64,000 nucleotides of DNA from Bacteroidia bacterium (GCA_965216465.1 CBDCFW010000004.1:192001-256000); one strand, 5' to 3'; positions 40,416-50,321 are shown, counted from the stretch's first letter. A program made the numbers and translations. Notes: generated by a model not told the origin, from the sequence alone.

Positions 40416-41838
40416 ATTTTTATCTGACATTGCTTTCATGCAACTGGTTAATCTACTGATTAAGCCAATTTGGATTTTTGTGATTGATAGAAAGGTACAA
40501 GACATGCTCCCTGCCGAGGTTTATGGAAACTACTTTGCCTTGTTTAATTTTAGTTTGATTTTCTTCATTGTATTAGACCTCGGATTGAATAATTTCAATA
40601 TCACACAAGTTGCACGTGACGAGAAAAAGATTCGGGTTTTAACTGGTGGCATTTTAGGACTTAAAATCTTGCTAAGCTTTGTATATGTTGTTCTTGCATT
40701 TGTTGTTGGTTCGATGATAGGCTACGATGTGCAAGAATTTCAATTGTTAATTTTACTCTGTGTACTTCAAATTATTACTTCATTCAATCAATATTTAAGA
40801 AGCATAGTAGCTAGCCTCCAAAAGTTCAAATGGGACGGCGTCTTTATGGTACTCGATCGTGCCATAATGGTAATACTTTGTTCGCTATTGATATGGGGAG
40901 GGATAAGTGGATTTGATTTATCAATTGACCGCTTCGTATATGCACAAATAATTGGAGTCGCTTCAGTCTTTGTTGTGCTGTTGTTGTTTCTAAAAAATCG
41001 CCTGATCGGAGTTAAGCTTTCGTTCAATTTAAAGACTGTTTTTCCACTGTTAAAGCGTTCTTGGCCCTTTGCTTTGCTCATCGCCTTTATGGGGATGTAC
41101 AATTATCTTGATGGTGTAATGCTAAAGAGTTTAGTCGGGGATGAAGAAGCCGGAACTTATGCGTTAGGCTATCGACTGTTTTATGCACTGTTGATGTTTG
41201 CCCAAATATTTAGTGGGGTCTTGCTTCCATTTTTTAGTAAGAACATTTCAAATGCATATATCATCAATCGAATCTCAAATTATACGGCTAAGCTTTTATT
41301 GTTTATTGGTTTCACAGTTGCTTTCGTCAGCTTTGCATTCAGCAATGAGATAATTGAATTGTTATACCCCCAGAAAGCGTCCGTTTCTAGTTCAGAATCT
41401 TATGGATTATTAATGTTTGGATTTATAGGCTCAGCTTTAATCTTAGTTTATGGAACCTTGTTAACCGCGGGGTTACAACTAAAACAAATGAACTTCGCCG
41501 CCTTGTTTACGTTGATTTTGAACGTGATACTTAACCTGTGGTTGATTCCTATCTATGGTGCAAAAGGAGCAGCCATTGCCACTGTATCAAGTCAGTTAGT
41601 GTTTGGATTAAGTTGCTTCTTTGTTAGCTACCGAAGATTTAAATTTCCGATGAAGACTATCCAAGTTTTACTGCAATTCGTCGGTTTATCTCTTCTTTTT
41701 GTCATGACCGTAATTCTCAAACAATATTTAGAATCTCTAGTCGTTCATCTTGTGATGATCACACTTACGGTAATAATTTCAGCCTATCTATTCAAGTTGT
41801 TTGAACGAAAACATCTTAAGACGGTACTTAGAAAGTGA
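40405..41838 (+). CDS. Polysaccharide/oligosaccharide flippase (Wzx family)
   Basis: YGNYF..., LDLG, LNLWLIPIYGAKGAAIAT; many TM segments. Confidence 0.85.
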   Translation: MLRKFLSDIAFMQLVNLLIKPIWIFVIDRKVQDMLPAEVYGNYFALFNFSLIFFIVLDLGLNNFNITQVARDEKKIRVLTGGILGLKILLSFVYVVLAFVVGSMIGYDVQEFQLLILLCVLQIITSFNQYLRSIVASLQKFKWDGVFMVLDRAIMVILCSLLIWGGISGFDLSIDRFVYAQIIGVASVFVVLLLFLKNRLIGVKLSFNLKTVFPLLKRSWPFALLIAFMGMYNYLDGVMLKSLVGDEEAGTYALGYRLFYALLMFAQIFSGVLLPFFSKNISNAYIINRISNYTAKLLLFIGFTVAFVSFAFSNEIIELLYPQKASVSSSESYGLLMFGFIGSALILVYGTLLTAGLQLKQMNFAALFTLILNVILNLWLIPIYGAKGAAIATVSSQLVFGLSCFFVSYRRFKFPMKTIQVLLQFVGLSLLFVMTVILKQYLESLVVHLVMITLTVIISAYLFKLFERKHLKTVLRK

Positions 41839-41888
41839 GTTATTTCTCACTATTAATGTACCTTTGCACACTTTATTAAATTTACCGA

Positions 41889-42896
41889 ATGAACGAAAAC
41901 AAAGAGTTTGATTTCAACTTTGTAGATATAGTCTCTCTAATTTGGAAGTATCGCAAGCACCTTATAATCATAGGGCTATCCGCGGCGATTTTGACGTCTA
42001 TTTTTACTGCACCTTTTTTTATTAAACCCAAGTACAAGTCTGAAGTAGTATTTTATCCAACTACGATTAATTCTATTGGTAATGCAATGTTTACTGACCT
42101 CAATAAACGAGAAGCCGATCCTTTGGCTTTTGGTGAGGAGGAAGAGGCAGAGAATGCGTTACAGTTATTGAATTCTTCTGCCTTACAGGAAAGAATTGTA
42201 AAAAACTTCAACTTAATGGAGCATTACAATATCAATAAAGAGGGAAGAAGTCCACGTACCGATCTTGCTGAGAAGATGGCAAAAAATATCAACTTCTCGC
42301 GTACAAGACACCTTGCTGTTGAAATTAGTGTTCTTGACGAAGACCCACAAAAAGCTGCAGATATTGCTAACGGCATTGGACAGATTTATGATTCGGTTAA
42401 AACTGAAATTCAGCATCAAGTTGCACTCGAGGCACTTCAAATTGTTGAGGACCAATTCAGAGCAAAAGAGAAAGAAGTTTGGGATATCCGTACTCAATTG
42501 AAAGAGCTGGGAGACAAAGGTGTTACCAACTACGAAGAGCAGTCTCGTGCAATTTCTGAAGAGATTTATAAAGCAGGAATTAATTCACCAAGAGGCAAGC
42601 GATTAAAAGAAGAGCAAGATAAATTGGCTAAGCATGCCGGTGAGTTTACCTACTTAAACGAAACTTTAATATTAGAATTGGAAACACTAAGTCAGCTTAG
42701 AAAGAAATATTTAAAGTCTAAGGTCGACGTAGAGAAAACGTTGCCACAAAAGTTTATTCTTACCAAAGCCTCTCCTGCAGAGAAAAAATCTTATCCAATT
42801 CGCTCATTATTGGTTTTAATAGTTACTGCAGCCACTGGATTATTAAGTGTGGTAGTTCTATTAATTATGAACCAAATGAGCATGCTTAAAAAGTAA
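41889..42896 (+). CDS. Wzz-like chain length determinant
   Basis: Two terminal TMs, PKYKS, coiled periplasmic region, ASPAEKKSYP.R; own TACCTTTG at 41859-41866. Confidence 0.82.
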   Translation: MNENKEFDFNFVDIVSLIWKYRKHLIIIGLSAAILTSIFTAPFFIKPKYKSEVVFYPTTINSIGNAMFTDLNKREADPLAFGEEEEAENALQLLNSSALQERIVKNFNLMEHYNINKEGRSPRTDLAEKMAKNINFSRTRHLAVEISVLDEDPQKAADIANGIGQIYDSVKTEIQHQVALEALQIVEDQFRAKEKEVWDIRTQLKELGDKGVTNYEEQSRAISEEIYKAGINSPRGKRLKEEQDKLAKHAGEFTYLNETLILELETLSQLRKKYLKSKVDVEKTLPQKFILTKASPAEKKSYPIRSLLVLIVTAATGLLSVVVLLIMNQMSMLKK

Positions 42897-44339
42897 ATGC
42901 TTTCGAGCGCTAACATAAAAAGCTTGTACGTCTACGCATTTCTATTTATTGCGGCGTGCATCGCTTCGTTGGTGTTTGAGTTTTACTACATTGTACTTGC
43001 TCCAGTTGCTTTAGCTTTTGGGTACACACTCATTACTCAGCCAAGATACATTTTGTACTTTTTGGCTTTTTCTACACCGTTATCGGTGCACCTTATAGAA
43101 GAAAGAGTCTCTACGATAAATTTAAGTTTACCAACTGAACCTTTAATCATCTTGCTGTTTATAGGAGCGTTGTTGCTTTTGGTTAAGAGTAAAAAAATCA
43201 CTCATCCAGAGGTGACTACAATACTTTCTATTTTAGTTCTGGTCGATTTTAGTTGGTTAATTATTACTGCGTTAACCAGTACAATGCCATTAATATCACT
43301 TAAATACGTATTGTCAAAGGCTTGGTATTTGGTTGTTTTTTATTTTCTACTAACGAAAGTATTTAAGAGCAGACATGTAGCCAAAGTGTTTTTATGGTGT
43401 TTTATTGTGGCTTGTGTGATACTGGCATCTTACACCTTGTACAATCACGCTCAGGGGTCATTTACGAGGACCTATGCCTACACCGCTATGCGTCCGTTTC
43501 TTCCTGATCATGGTATGTATGCCGCATGCATATCATTTGTGGTACCTTTGTTATTCATCTTTACTTTTCACGGTAATAAGTTTAACTATTCACTTCCATT
43601 TAGAATATTTTGCTTTGCCTTACTTTGCTTTTTTATACTAGCAGTGGCATTGTCTTTTACCCGTGCATCGTGGTTGTCACTAGTTGTCGCTTTTGGAGTT
43701 TATGTTGTACTGCGGATGCGGGTCAATTTTAAACTGGTGGTGTCGGTAGCTTTGATAGCTGTAGGAATTCTCTTTGCGAACATGGATAGCTTGCTTACAG
43801 ACTTGTCTAGAAACAAGAAAGAGTCAGATGATAACATTGAAAATCACCTTCAATCTGTATCAAATGTGAGCTCCGATCCATCAAACCTAGAAAGACTAAA
43901 TCGCTGGGGTAGTGGAATTCGAATGTGGGAAGAAAAGCCCATTTTAGGGTTTGGTCCAGGTACTTATACATTTCAATACGGTACGTATCAGCTGCCACAC
44001 GAAATGACTATAATAAGCACAAATGCAGGTACGCTTGGTGGAATTCACAGCGAGTATCTTAGGCCTCTTGCAGAAAGTGGAGCTTTAGGAGCAATCTTGA
44101 TCGTTAGTATAGTTGTTGTAGTTTTTTCGATGGGTTTTAAGCACAACCGTTTGTTATCTGGCGAGGCGAAATTTTTAAGTATGGCCGTGTTCTTAGGCTT
44201 GGTCACTTATTTTGCACATGGCGTGCTTAACAATTATTCTGAATTTGATAAAATTGCAGTACCATTGTACAGCTTCATGGCTATTTTGACCGCCATCGAG
44301 GTGAACTCTTTCCATGTTAAAAAAGATAGCAAAGAATAA
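42897..44339 (+). CDS. O-antigen ligase / Wzy_C family membrane protein
   Basis: SFTRASW, ERLNRW, PILGFGPG, HSEYL...ESG. Confidence 0.85.
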   Translation: MLSSANIKSLYVYAFLFIAACIASLVFEFYYIVLAPVALAFGYTLITQPRYILYFLAFSTPLSVHLIEERVSTINLSLPTEPLIILLFIGALLLLVKSKKITHPEVTTILSILVLVDFSWLIITALTSTMPLISLKYVLSKAWYLVVFYFLLTKVFKSRHVAKVFLWCFIVACVILASYTLYNHAQGSFTRTYAYTAMRPFLPDHGMYAACISFVVPLLFIFTFHGNKFNYSLPFRIFCFALLCFFILAVALSFTRASWLSLVVAFGVYVVLRMRVNFKLVVSVALIAVGILFANMDSLLTDLSRNKKESDDNIENHLQSVSNVSSDPSNLERLNRWGSGIRMWEEKPILGFGPGTYTFQYGTYQLPHEMTIISTNAGTLGGIHSEYLRPLAESGALGAILIVSIVVVVFSMGFKHNRLLSGEAKFLSMAVFLGLVTYFAHGVLNNYSEFDKIAVPLYSFMAILTAIEVNSFHVKKDSKE

Positions 44340-45372
44340 ACTTGGGCTAGGCGGATTGATATTCATATCGATCCTTTTAATTATTTCAAGTTTGGGTTAT
44401 CTGATTACACCAGATTCGTCTCCTAAGGCGAATAACATCAATCTCGAAATCGCTCTTAAAAAGCCTGGATTCAGCGTAGATTTCCTACGCATTTCGGAGA
44501 ATCAAGGAGAAGAGACTGGTTTTTTTACCAGTCTAGTTTCAGGAAGGCCAGATCGATTTAAAACAATTCCTGTTGCGGAAATTGCCTACCCAGATAGCTT
44601 CGCTCGATATAATAAAAATGGACTGCTTATTTGGGAAGAGTTAGAGAAATCTGACCTCTCTGCTTCAGATTGGGAAGAGCAATATGTAACACGAAAAAAG
44701 TTCTGGCTCGGAACCGATCGATACGGCAGAGATGTGCTCAGTCGAATAATTATTGGGGCAAGAATTTCACTGCTTGTTGGATTTATGTCTGTATTAATTA
44801 CCCTTGTTATTGGTACAACGCTGGGCTTATTATCTGGATATTTTGGTGGATGGGTAGATACAACTATACTTTGGCTGATTAATGTGGTTTGGAGTTTGCC
44901 GAGTCTCTTAATTGCAATTGCCATTTCATTCGCATTTCAAGAAAAAGGACTGTATCAAGTATTTCTAGCCATTGGCTTAAGTATGTGGGTAGAATTAGCG
45001 CGCATAGTTCGTGGGCAGGTACTTCAAATTAAAGAAATGGAGTACATTCAGGCCGCCAAAGTTTTGGGTTTTGGTAGCTTGAGAATTTTGTTCAAACATG
45101 TACTGCCCAATATTACTGCTCCAATCATAGTAGTTTGTGCAGCAAATTTTGCTTCTGCCATTTTATTGGAAGCTGGACTTAGTTTTTTAGGGTTGGGCGT
45201 TCAACCTCCAATGCCAAGTTGGGGAAGCATGATTAAAGAGCATTATAACTACATTGTATTCAATGCTGCTTACTTGGCAATTATACCGGGATTATGCATC
45301 ATGTTTCTTGTGATGAGTTTTAACTTTCTTGGAAATGCTTTGAGAGATGCCCTCGACGTTAATCTAAAATAG
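44314..45372 (+). CDS. Peptide ABC transporter permease (OppC/DppC family)
   Basis: LGTDRYGRD, EYIQAAKVLG (EAA loop), EAGLSFLGLG, PSWG. Confidence 0.9.
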   Translation: MLKKIAKNKLGLGGLIFISILLIISSLGYLITPDSSPKANNINLEIALKKPGFSVDFLRISENQGEETGFFTSLVSGRPDRFKTIPVAEIAYPDSFARYNKNGLLIWEELEKSDLSASDWEEQYVTRKKFWLGTDRYGRDVLSRIIIGARISLLVGFMSVLITLVIGTTLGLLSGYFGGWVDTTILWLINVVWSLPSLLIAIAISFAFQEKGLYQVFLAIGLSMWVELARIVRGQVLQIKEMEYIQAAKVLGFGSLRILFKHVLPNITAPIIVVCAANFASAILLEAGLSFLGLGVQPPMPSWGSMIKEHYNYIVFNAAYLAIIPGLCIMFLVMSFNFLGNALRDALDVNLK

Positions 45373-45442
45373 AACGTCAAGAATGGGTATATACGAGTTT
45401 TCAAATATACCCATGTTGACTAGTTCCACTAATAAATTATAA
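45365..45442 (-). ncRNA. Candidate small RNA (long hairpin plus U tract) or 21-aa smORF under an orphan promoter
   Basis: Consensus promoter upstream; 59-nt imperfect hairpin at 45370-45428 followed by UUUU on the minus strand. Confidence 0.4.
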
Positions 45443-45448
45443 GGTACG

Positions 45449-45479
45449 CAAATTTACGACTTATCTCCTAAGTTTCAAA
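45449..45479 (-). promoter_or_regulatory. Consensus sigma70 promoter TTTG-N19-TAAATTTG with no annotated downstream gene
   Basis: caaa at 45476-45479 and caaattta at 45449-45456 on the plus strand. Confidence 0.65.
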
Positions 45480-45509
45480 AAACGAGGAGTTTACGAGTTT
45501 AATTTAGAA

Positions 45510-46283
45510 TTAGTCAATGCTAACTTCGCCTTGAAACACTAGAACGGCCGGCCCCATTAAATAGATATTCTCAAATCCATTATCGGTCTTGTCGAAACTC
45601 ACAGCAAGGCTGCCTCCTTGGGTTTCTACCTTACGAACGTGATTCGTTGACTGGGTGTCGTTATCTACATATTCAACTATTACCGCAGCAGTTACGCCTG
45701 TACCACAACTTAATGTTTCATCCTCAACACCGCGTTCGTAGGTTCTAATGAAAAGGCTCTCAGTTGTCGATTTTATGTAGTTGACGTTAATACCTTTCTC
45801 TTTAAAAGGAGGTGAATAACGAATTGTTTTTGCATCTTCCACGATGTCAAAATTTAAGTCATCTCGTAATACTATGTAGTGAGGTGAACCTGTATAGGTG
45901 ATGTAATCTTGTCCATTATGAGCCACTTCGCGAACATTGTGCATTTTAAGTTTGACGATGTTATTGTCTACTATCGCACTGTGTTCTCCATCGTTCGAGT
46001 TAAAATTACAAGTGTCGGCAATCCATCCTAAATGCTTGGCGTGCATTACGGCACATCTGCTTCCATTTCCACAAAAGCTTTCTGATCCATCTGCGTTGTA
46101 GTACATCATGTCGAAATCGAGATTGCTATCTTGTTTCATCACAATTAATCCGTCGGCCCCAATTCCAAATTTTCGATCACATAGTTTAACAATGGTTTCG
46201 GTGCTAAGGTTATAGGAGTCGCTGGTAATTACAAAGTCGTTTCCGGTTCCTTGATACTTGTAGAATGAAATTTTATTCCTCAT
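45510..46283 (-). CDS. dapF: Diaminopimelate epimerase
   Basis: GTGNDF, GIGADG, CGNGSRC, ERGVEDETLSCGTG. Confidence 0.96.
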   Translation of the reverse strand: MRNKISFYKYQGTGNDFVITSDSYNLSTETIVKLCDRKFGIGADGLIVMKQDSNLDFDMMYYNADGSESFCGNGSRCAVMHAKHLGWIADTCNFNSNDGEHSAIVDNNIVKLKMHNVREVAHNGQDYITYTGSPHYIVLRDDLNFDIVEDAKTIRYSPPFKEKGINVNYIKSTTESLFIRTYERGVEDETLSCGTGVTAAVIVEYVDNDTQSTNHVRKVETQGGSLAVSFDKTDNGFENIYLMGPAVLVFQGEVSID

Positions 46284-47394
46284 TTAATACGTTCAGTAGC
46301 GTAGGATTTACTACTTCAATTAGTCTATTGTAAGAATCGTTGTTTTCGATATAGTATTGTTTGCCTTGTACTTCAACATACAAGCGGTCGTCAAGTTCTT
46401 TAAAGGTCAATTCAGTAGCTTCATCAACTCCGTAAAGTTTAACAGTGTTTCCATCGTAATTGTACCCTTTGTAGTTTACAACAGACTTCCAGTATTCTAC
46501 TTCAATATTTCTATTCTTGACTACATTATCCGTTTTCTCTTCAATTTCCTTATCAGCCTCAACACCAACAGAATCAGGCATTGCAGTTTTATATGACCCA
46601 GATTGATCTTTTCTACGTCGATCACCAAAATTTCGTGCTGGCTTAGTTGCTGTAACTACATCTTCTGATTCTTCAATATTGGTAAACGTGTACGAATTGA
46701 ATTGGATACTATTAACCGCATAAGTTTTGTTGCTAAGCATCTGATCTGTTCGTACTTCAAAATCATCTGTGTTGGTGTATCCGTTGTATGTATCTTCAAT
46801 GCCATCGGCATCGGCAGCAACATCAAGATCAAAGGTTAATTCTTCATCAGATTCCAAATCGTCTTCTACAACTTCTAATTCAGGTGGTGGAGGAGTGGTA
46901 GTCCATTCGGCATCTAGAAGATCTTGTTTTGAATCTTCCATTGTTATTGCCTTTTCCAGAATTTGAGTTTCTGCTAAAGAGTCTGAACCGGTTTCATTTG
47001 ATTCTTCAGACTTTGAAAGTCCAAATTCGCTGTTATCTTCAGTACTGTCTTCTGCTGTTTCTTCAACCGCCATAACACTTTCAGAATTGTTGTATTGCTG
47101 GAAGGCAAAAAACGCAGACACCAAAAGTGTGATTGCAGCCGCTGTCGAAAGTACTGCACGCAAACGAGGAGTTAACTGAATAGTAGAACCTTGATTTAGA
47201 CTTGCCTTGAGATTAGCCTTGAGTTCTTTTTCTCTAGCATCTTGTATCGATTGAATAATTGCAGATTGAAGATTGACAGCCTCCTGCAATTCTTGATCAA
47301 CCTTAAGGTCAGCTTTAAATTTATCCAAGGCTCTGCCCTTGAGTTCACCGTTGAGGTACTCGTTGATTAAATGATATGTTTTCTCGTTCATCAT
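46273..47394 (-). CDS. Putative anti-sigma factor (N-terminal sigma-binding helices, one TM, acidic linker, C-terminal domain)
   Basis: LINEYLNGEL start, TM about aa 80-97, coupled to the ECF sigma gene. Confidence 0.65.
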   Translation of the reverse strand: MMNEKTYHLINEYLNGELKGRALDKFKADLKVDQELQEAVNLQSAIIQSIQDAREKELKANLKASLNQGSTIQLTPRLRAVLSTAAAITLLVSAFFAFQQYNNSESVMAVEETAEDSTEDNSEFGLSKSEESNETGSDSLAETQILEKAITMEDSKQDLLDAEWTTTPPPPELEVVEDDLESDEELTFDLDVAADADGIEDTYNGYTNTDDFEVRTDQMLSNKTYAVNSIQFNSYTFTNIEESEDVVTATKPARNFGDRRRKDQSGSYKTAMPDSVGVEADKEIEEKTDNVVKNRNIEVEYWKSVVNYKGYNYDGNTVKLYGVDEATELTFKELDDRLYVEVQGKQYYIENNDSYNRLIEVVNPTLLNVLNEE

Positions 47395-47963
47395 CAGAGT
47401 AGATCTTCTTTATTATACTGTTCGGTAACTCGTTTTTGTAGCTTTTTAAAGCATTGGTATTTTTTAGCCTTAACTGTATTTGCATTCGCAAACCCAAGTT
47501 TTTCGGCAATTACCTTATTATTAAATCCATCAAAGTAAAAATAGGAGAGTAACCTTTTGCATGTTTCATCAAGCTCTTCAACCATTTTAACAATTATGGA
47601 CCGGTCGATGTTTACATCAATGTTTTCCGATTCAGTTTTGGTCTCAAATTGCTTGTGTTCATCGACCAAAGTAAATTTTGATCTTTTCTTTAACTCTTTG
47701 AACCACAAATTTTTAGCAACTGCCATAACGTATGTGCTAAGCTTAGACTGCAGCAAAAAATCGGACTTGTTTACATTCCGCCATACGGCGATAACGGTGT
47801 CTTGAAGAATGTCTTCCACCACCGTATCATCTCCGCTATTCTTTAAAACAAAATTTTTAACCATCGTGTAATGTTCTTTATACATATAAACAAGCACTTT
47901 TTCATCGCCTTGTTTAATTCTTTCTAGTACGGTATGGTCAGCGAGCTTACGAATACCGAACAT
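47394..47963 (-). CDS. ECF RNA polymerase sigma factor
   Basis: EDILQD, STYVMAVAKNLW, region 4 IAEKLG...VKAKKYQC. Confidence 0.9.
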   Translation of the reverse strand: MFGIRKLADHTVLERIKQGDEKVLVYMYKEHYTMVKNFVLKNSGDDTVVEDILQDTVIAVWRNVNKSDFLLQSKLSTYVMAVAKNLWFKELKKRSKFTLVDEHKQFETKTESENIDVNIDRSIIVKMVEELDETCKRLLSYFYFDGFNNKVIAEKLGFANANTVKAKKYQCFKKLQKRVTEQYNKEDLL

Positions 47964-48164
47964 TTTGTAGATAGTTAATACGCATTAATCGAGAAAGGTA
48001 AATAAGGCGTGTCCAAATCTGTATTTCAGCCGTTAAATACTTCAAAAGATTTTGTAATTTGCGTTTCAATTTTAGCAAAGATAATAGAGCACGACAAATA
48101 GAAATGCACAGTGCAGGATAGAATTAAGTTTTGAAATTAAATTAGACACAAAATAAGACTAATC

Positions 48165-49625
48165 ATGAGTACAAAAAGAGTATTAGGAATTTTAACTATC
48201 GCTATTGTTGGAGGAGTGGTAGCACTCGGAATTAATAAGTTGTTTGCACCGAATAATCCTCCTCAATCTTTTCAAGAACATCAACATGCAAAATTCACTT
48301 TGTCTGAAGCGTTGGATGATGCTCCAGCATTAGATTTTGTAAGTGTTGCAGAAGTATCAACGCCAGCTGTAGTTCACATCAAATCAACTGTTCAAGTTCA
48401 ATCTGGAGGTCCGGATTTTAGAAGTCCATTCGATGACTTTTTTGGTGGCCCAATGTTCCCACAGGACCGTGGTCCACAATTGGCAACTGGCTCTGGGGTG
48501 ATTATAAAAAAGAATGGATATATTGTAACAAACAATCACGTTGTTGACGGAGCGACAAAGGTAGAAGTGGTGCTAGATGACAAAAGAAGCTATGTAGCAG
48601 AGGTTATGGGAACAGATCCTGAAACCGATTTAGCACTATTGAAAATAGAAGAAGATAATCTGCCTTATTTGAACATGGGCAATAGCGATGAGGTGAAGGT
48701 AGGAGAATGGGTAGTAGCAGTGGGTAACCCATTTAATCTTACTTCAACAGTTACTGCGGGTATTGTAAGCGCAAAGGGCAGAAATATCAATTTACTGCGC
48801 CAGAAAGGTGGAGATTATGCCATTGAAAACTTTATCCAAACCGATGCTGCGGTGAATCCAGGAAATAGTGGAGGAGCCTTAGTAAATACAAAAGGTGAAT
48901 TGGTCGGAATTAACACCGCAATTGCGTCACAAACAGGGTCGTATACTGGGTACTCATTTGCAATTCCAATTAATCTTGCTAAGAAGATTATTAAAGATTT
49001 AAGCGATTATGGTGAAGTAAAAAGGGCAATTTTAGGTGTGCGAATTCAAGACGTTACACAAGAATTAGCAGATGAAAAAGGACTTAATGACCTAAACGGT
49101 GTTTACATTCCGAGTGTAAGTGAAGATGGAGCCGCTGATAAGGCCGGAATAAAAGAAGGCGATGTGATTACAAAAATTAACGATGAGGTAGTGAATAAAT
49201 CTTCAGAACTTCAAGAGCAGATTAGCAAGTATCACCCAGGAGACAAGGTTGATGTGACTGTGATACGTGAAGGGAAAGAAAAGCATCTAACCGCTACTCT
49301 TCTATCAAAAGACGGTGCTAATGAGATTGTGACTACAGTGAATCGCGAAGAACGTAAAGTGCTTGGAGCCGATATAGAGAATATCACTCGAGATGAGCGT
49401 ATAAAGCTTGGAATTCGCAATGGAGTTAAAGTGGCGAAACTTGGAAACGGAGCCATGAAGGATAAGGGAATCCCAGCTGGTTTTGTAATCGTGAAAATTG
49501 ACAAAGTACCTATGTACACTACAGCTGATGTTGAAAAGGCATTGACCGATAAAGAGGGTGCTGTTCTAATTGAAGGTGTAAATGCTTCTGGAGAGAAGGG
49601 TGCGTTTGCTATTCGTCTAGACTAA
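48165..49625 (+). CDS. degP: Do/DegP family serine protease with two PDZ domains
   Basis: TNNHV, DLALLK, QTDAAVNPGNSGGAL. Confidence 0.93.
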   Translation: MSTKRVLGILTIAIVGGVVALGINKLFAPNNPPQSFQEHQHAKFTLSEALDDAPALDFVSVAEVSTPAVVHIKSTVQVQSGGPDFRSPFDDFFGGPMFPQDRGPQLATGSGVIIKKNGYIVTNNHVVDGATKVEVVLDDKRSYVAEVMGTDPETDLALLKIEEDNLPYLNMGNSDEVKVGEWVVAVGNPFNLTSTVTAGIVSAKGRNINLLRQKGGDYAIENFIQTDAAVNPGNSGGALVNTKGELVGINTAIASQTGSYTGYSFAIPINLAKKIIKDLSDYGEVKRAILGVRIQDVTQELADEKGLNDLNGVYIPSVSEDGAADKAGIKEGDVITKINDEVVNKSSELQEQISKYHPGDKVDVTVIREGKEKHLTATLLSKDGANEIVTTVNREERKVLGADIENITRDERIKLGIRNGVKVAKLGNGAMKDKGIPAGFVIVKIDKVPMYTTADVEKALTDKEGAVLIEGVNASGEKGAFAIRLD

Positions 49626-49646
49626 AATATTCATTTAATATTATTG

Positions 49647-49678
49647 AATTCCTTCCTCTATTGGGGAAGGAATTTTTT
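49647..49678 (+). terminator. Intrinsic terminator after degP, overlapping the end of the convergent gene
   Basis: aattccttcc...ggaaggaatt plus T run. Confidence 0.75.
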
Positions 49679-50287
49679 GTTTAATAGATTGGCGGTTGAT
49701 GTATCTCCAATATGATTATAATATTGGGTTTTATAGTCAATTACTACTTCGTCGTATGGGAACATGAGCAAATGCTTGTTGGCTTGGGGTATGACTTTGT
49801 CGCAGTCTTCGTCAATGGTTCTGCAGCGTTCAAGATAATAGTAAACCATAGCAGCGTTAGCTCTATAGTTTTCCGGACTTCGGTTTAATACCAAGTTTAA
49901 GTCTTTGTAAGCTTCATCGAAATAATGGTTCTCAATGTAATACGGAAGTTGATATGCTATCAGATTATCTGCTTTGGCCACCTCTTCGGCTTTACGTTCT
50001 GCTAGAGTCTTATATTTTTGGTTATAGTGCGGGTCATTTTGAACTTGCTCAACATAACCGTTCCAGTGTCGGATAATCAGAAACAGTCCGAGCAAAATGG
50101 ATAAGATGAGCAATAACGAAGCAATGTTTATTCCTTTGATGTAGAGGCTTTCATGCTTTTGTGGCTGAAAATCTGAATAGCGGACGTGGTCAATTTCAGA
50201 ATGTATGGGTTTTCGGTCTCTGCTAAATGCTTTTCGTGGACGCTGACCGCTGATCCACTTTTTGTAGCCCATTCCCATATATCCCAT
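49658..50287 (-). CDS. Hypothetical single-pass membrane protein with a TPR-like C-terminal part
   Basis: Basic N-terminus, one TM, helical repeat; start uncertain (50293, 50287 or 50278); TAAATTTG at 50295-50302. Confidence 0.7.
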   Translation of the reverse strand: MGYMGMGYKKWISGQRPRKAFSRDRKPIHSEIDHVRYSDFQPQKHESLYIKGINIASLLLILSILLGLFLIIRHWNGYVEQVQNDPHYNQKYKTLAERKAEEVAKADNLIAYQLPYYIENHYFDEAYKDLNLVLNRSPENYRANAAMVYYYLERCRTIDEDCDKVIPQANKHLLMFPYDEVVIDYKTQYYNHIGDTSTANLLNKKFLPQ

Positions 50288-50321
50288 AGCCACACAAATT
50301 TACTAAAAATGCTATGATTTT

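Noticed and set aside
47975-48002. Shared ECF promoter (CGTATTA) upstream of the sigma gene and of the C25 gene (about 5081-5087)
   Set aside because: The putative -35 regions do not align, so the 7-mer match may be chance
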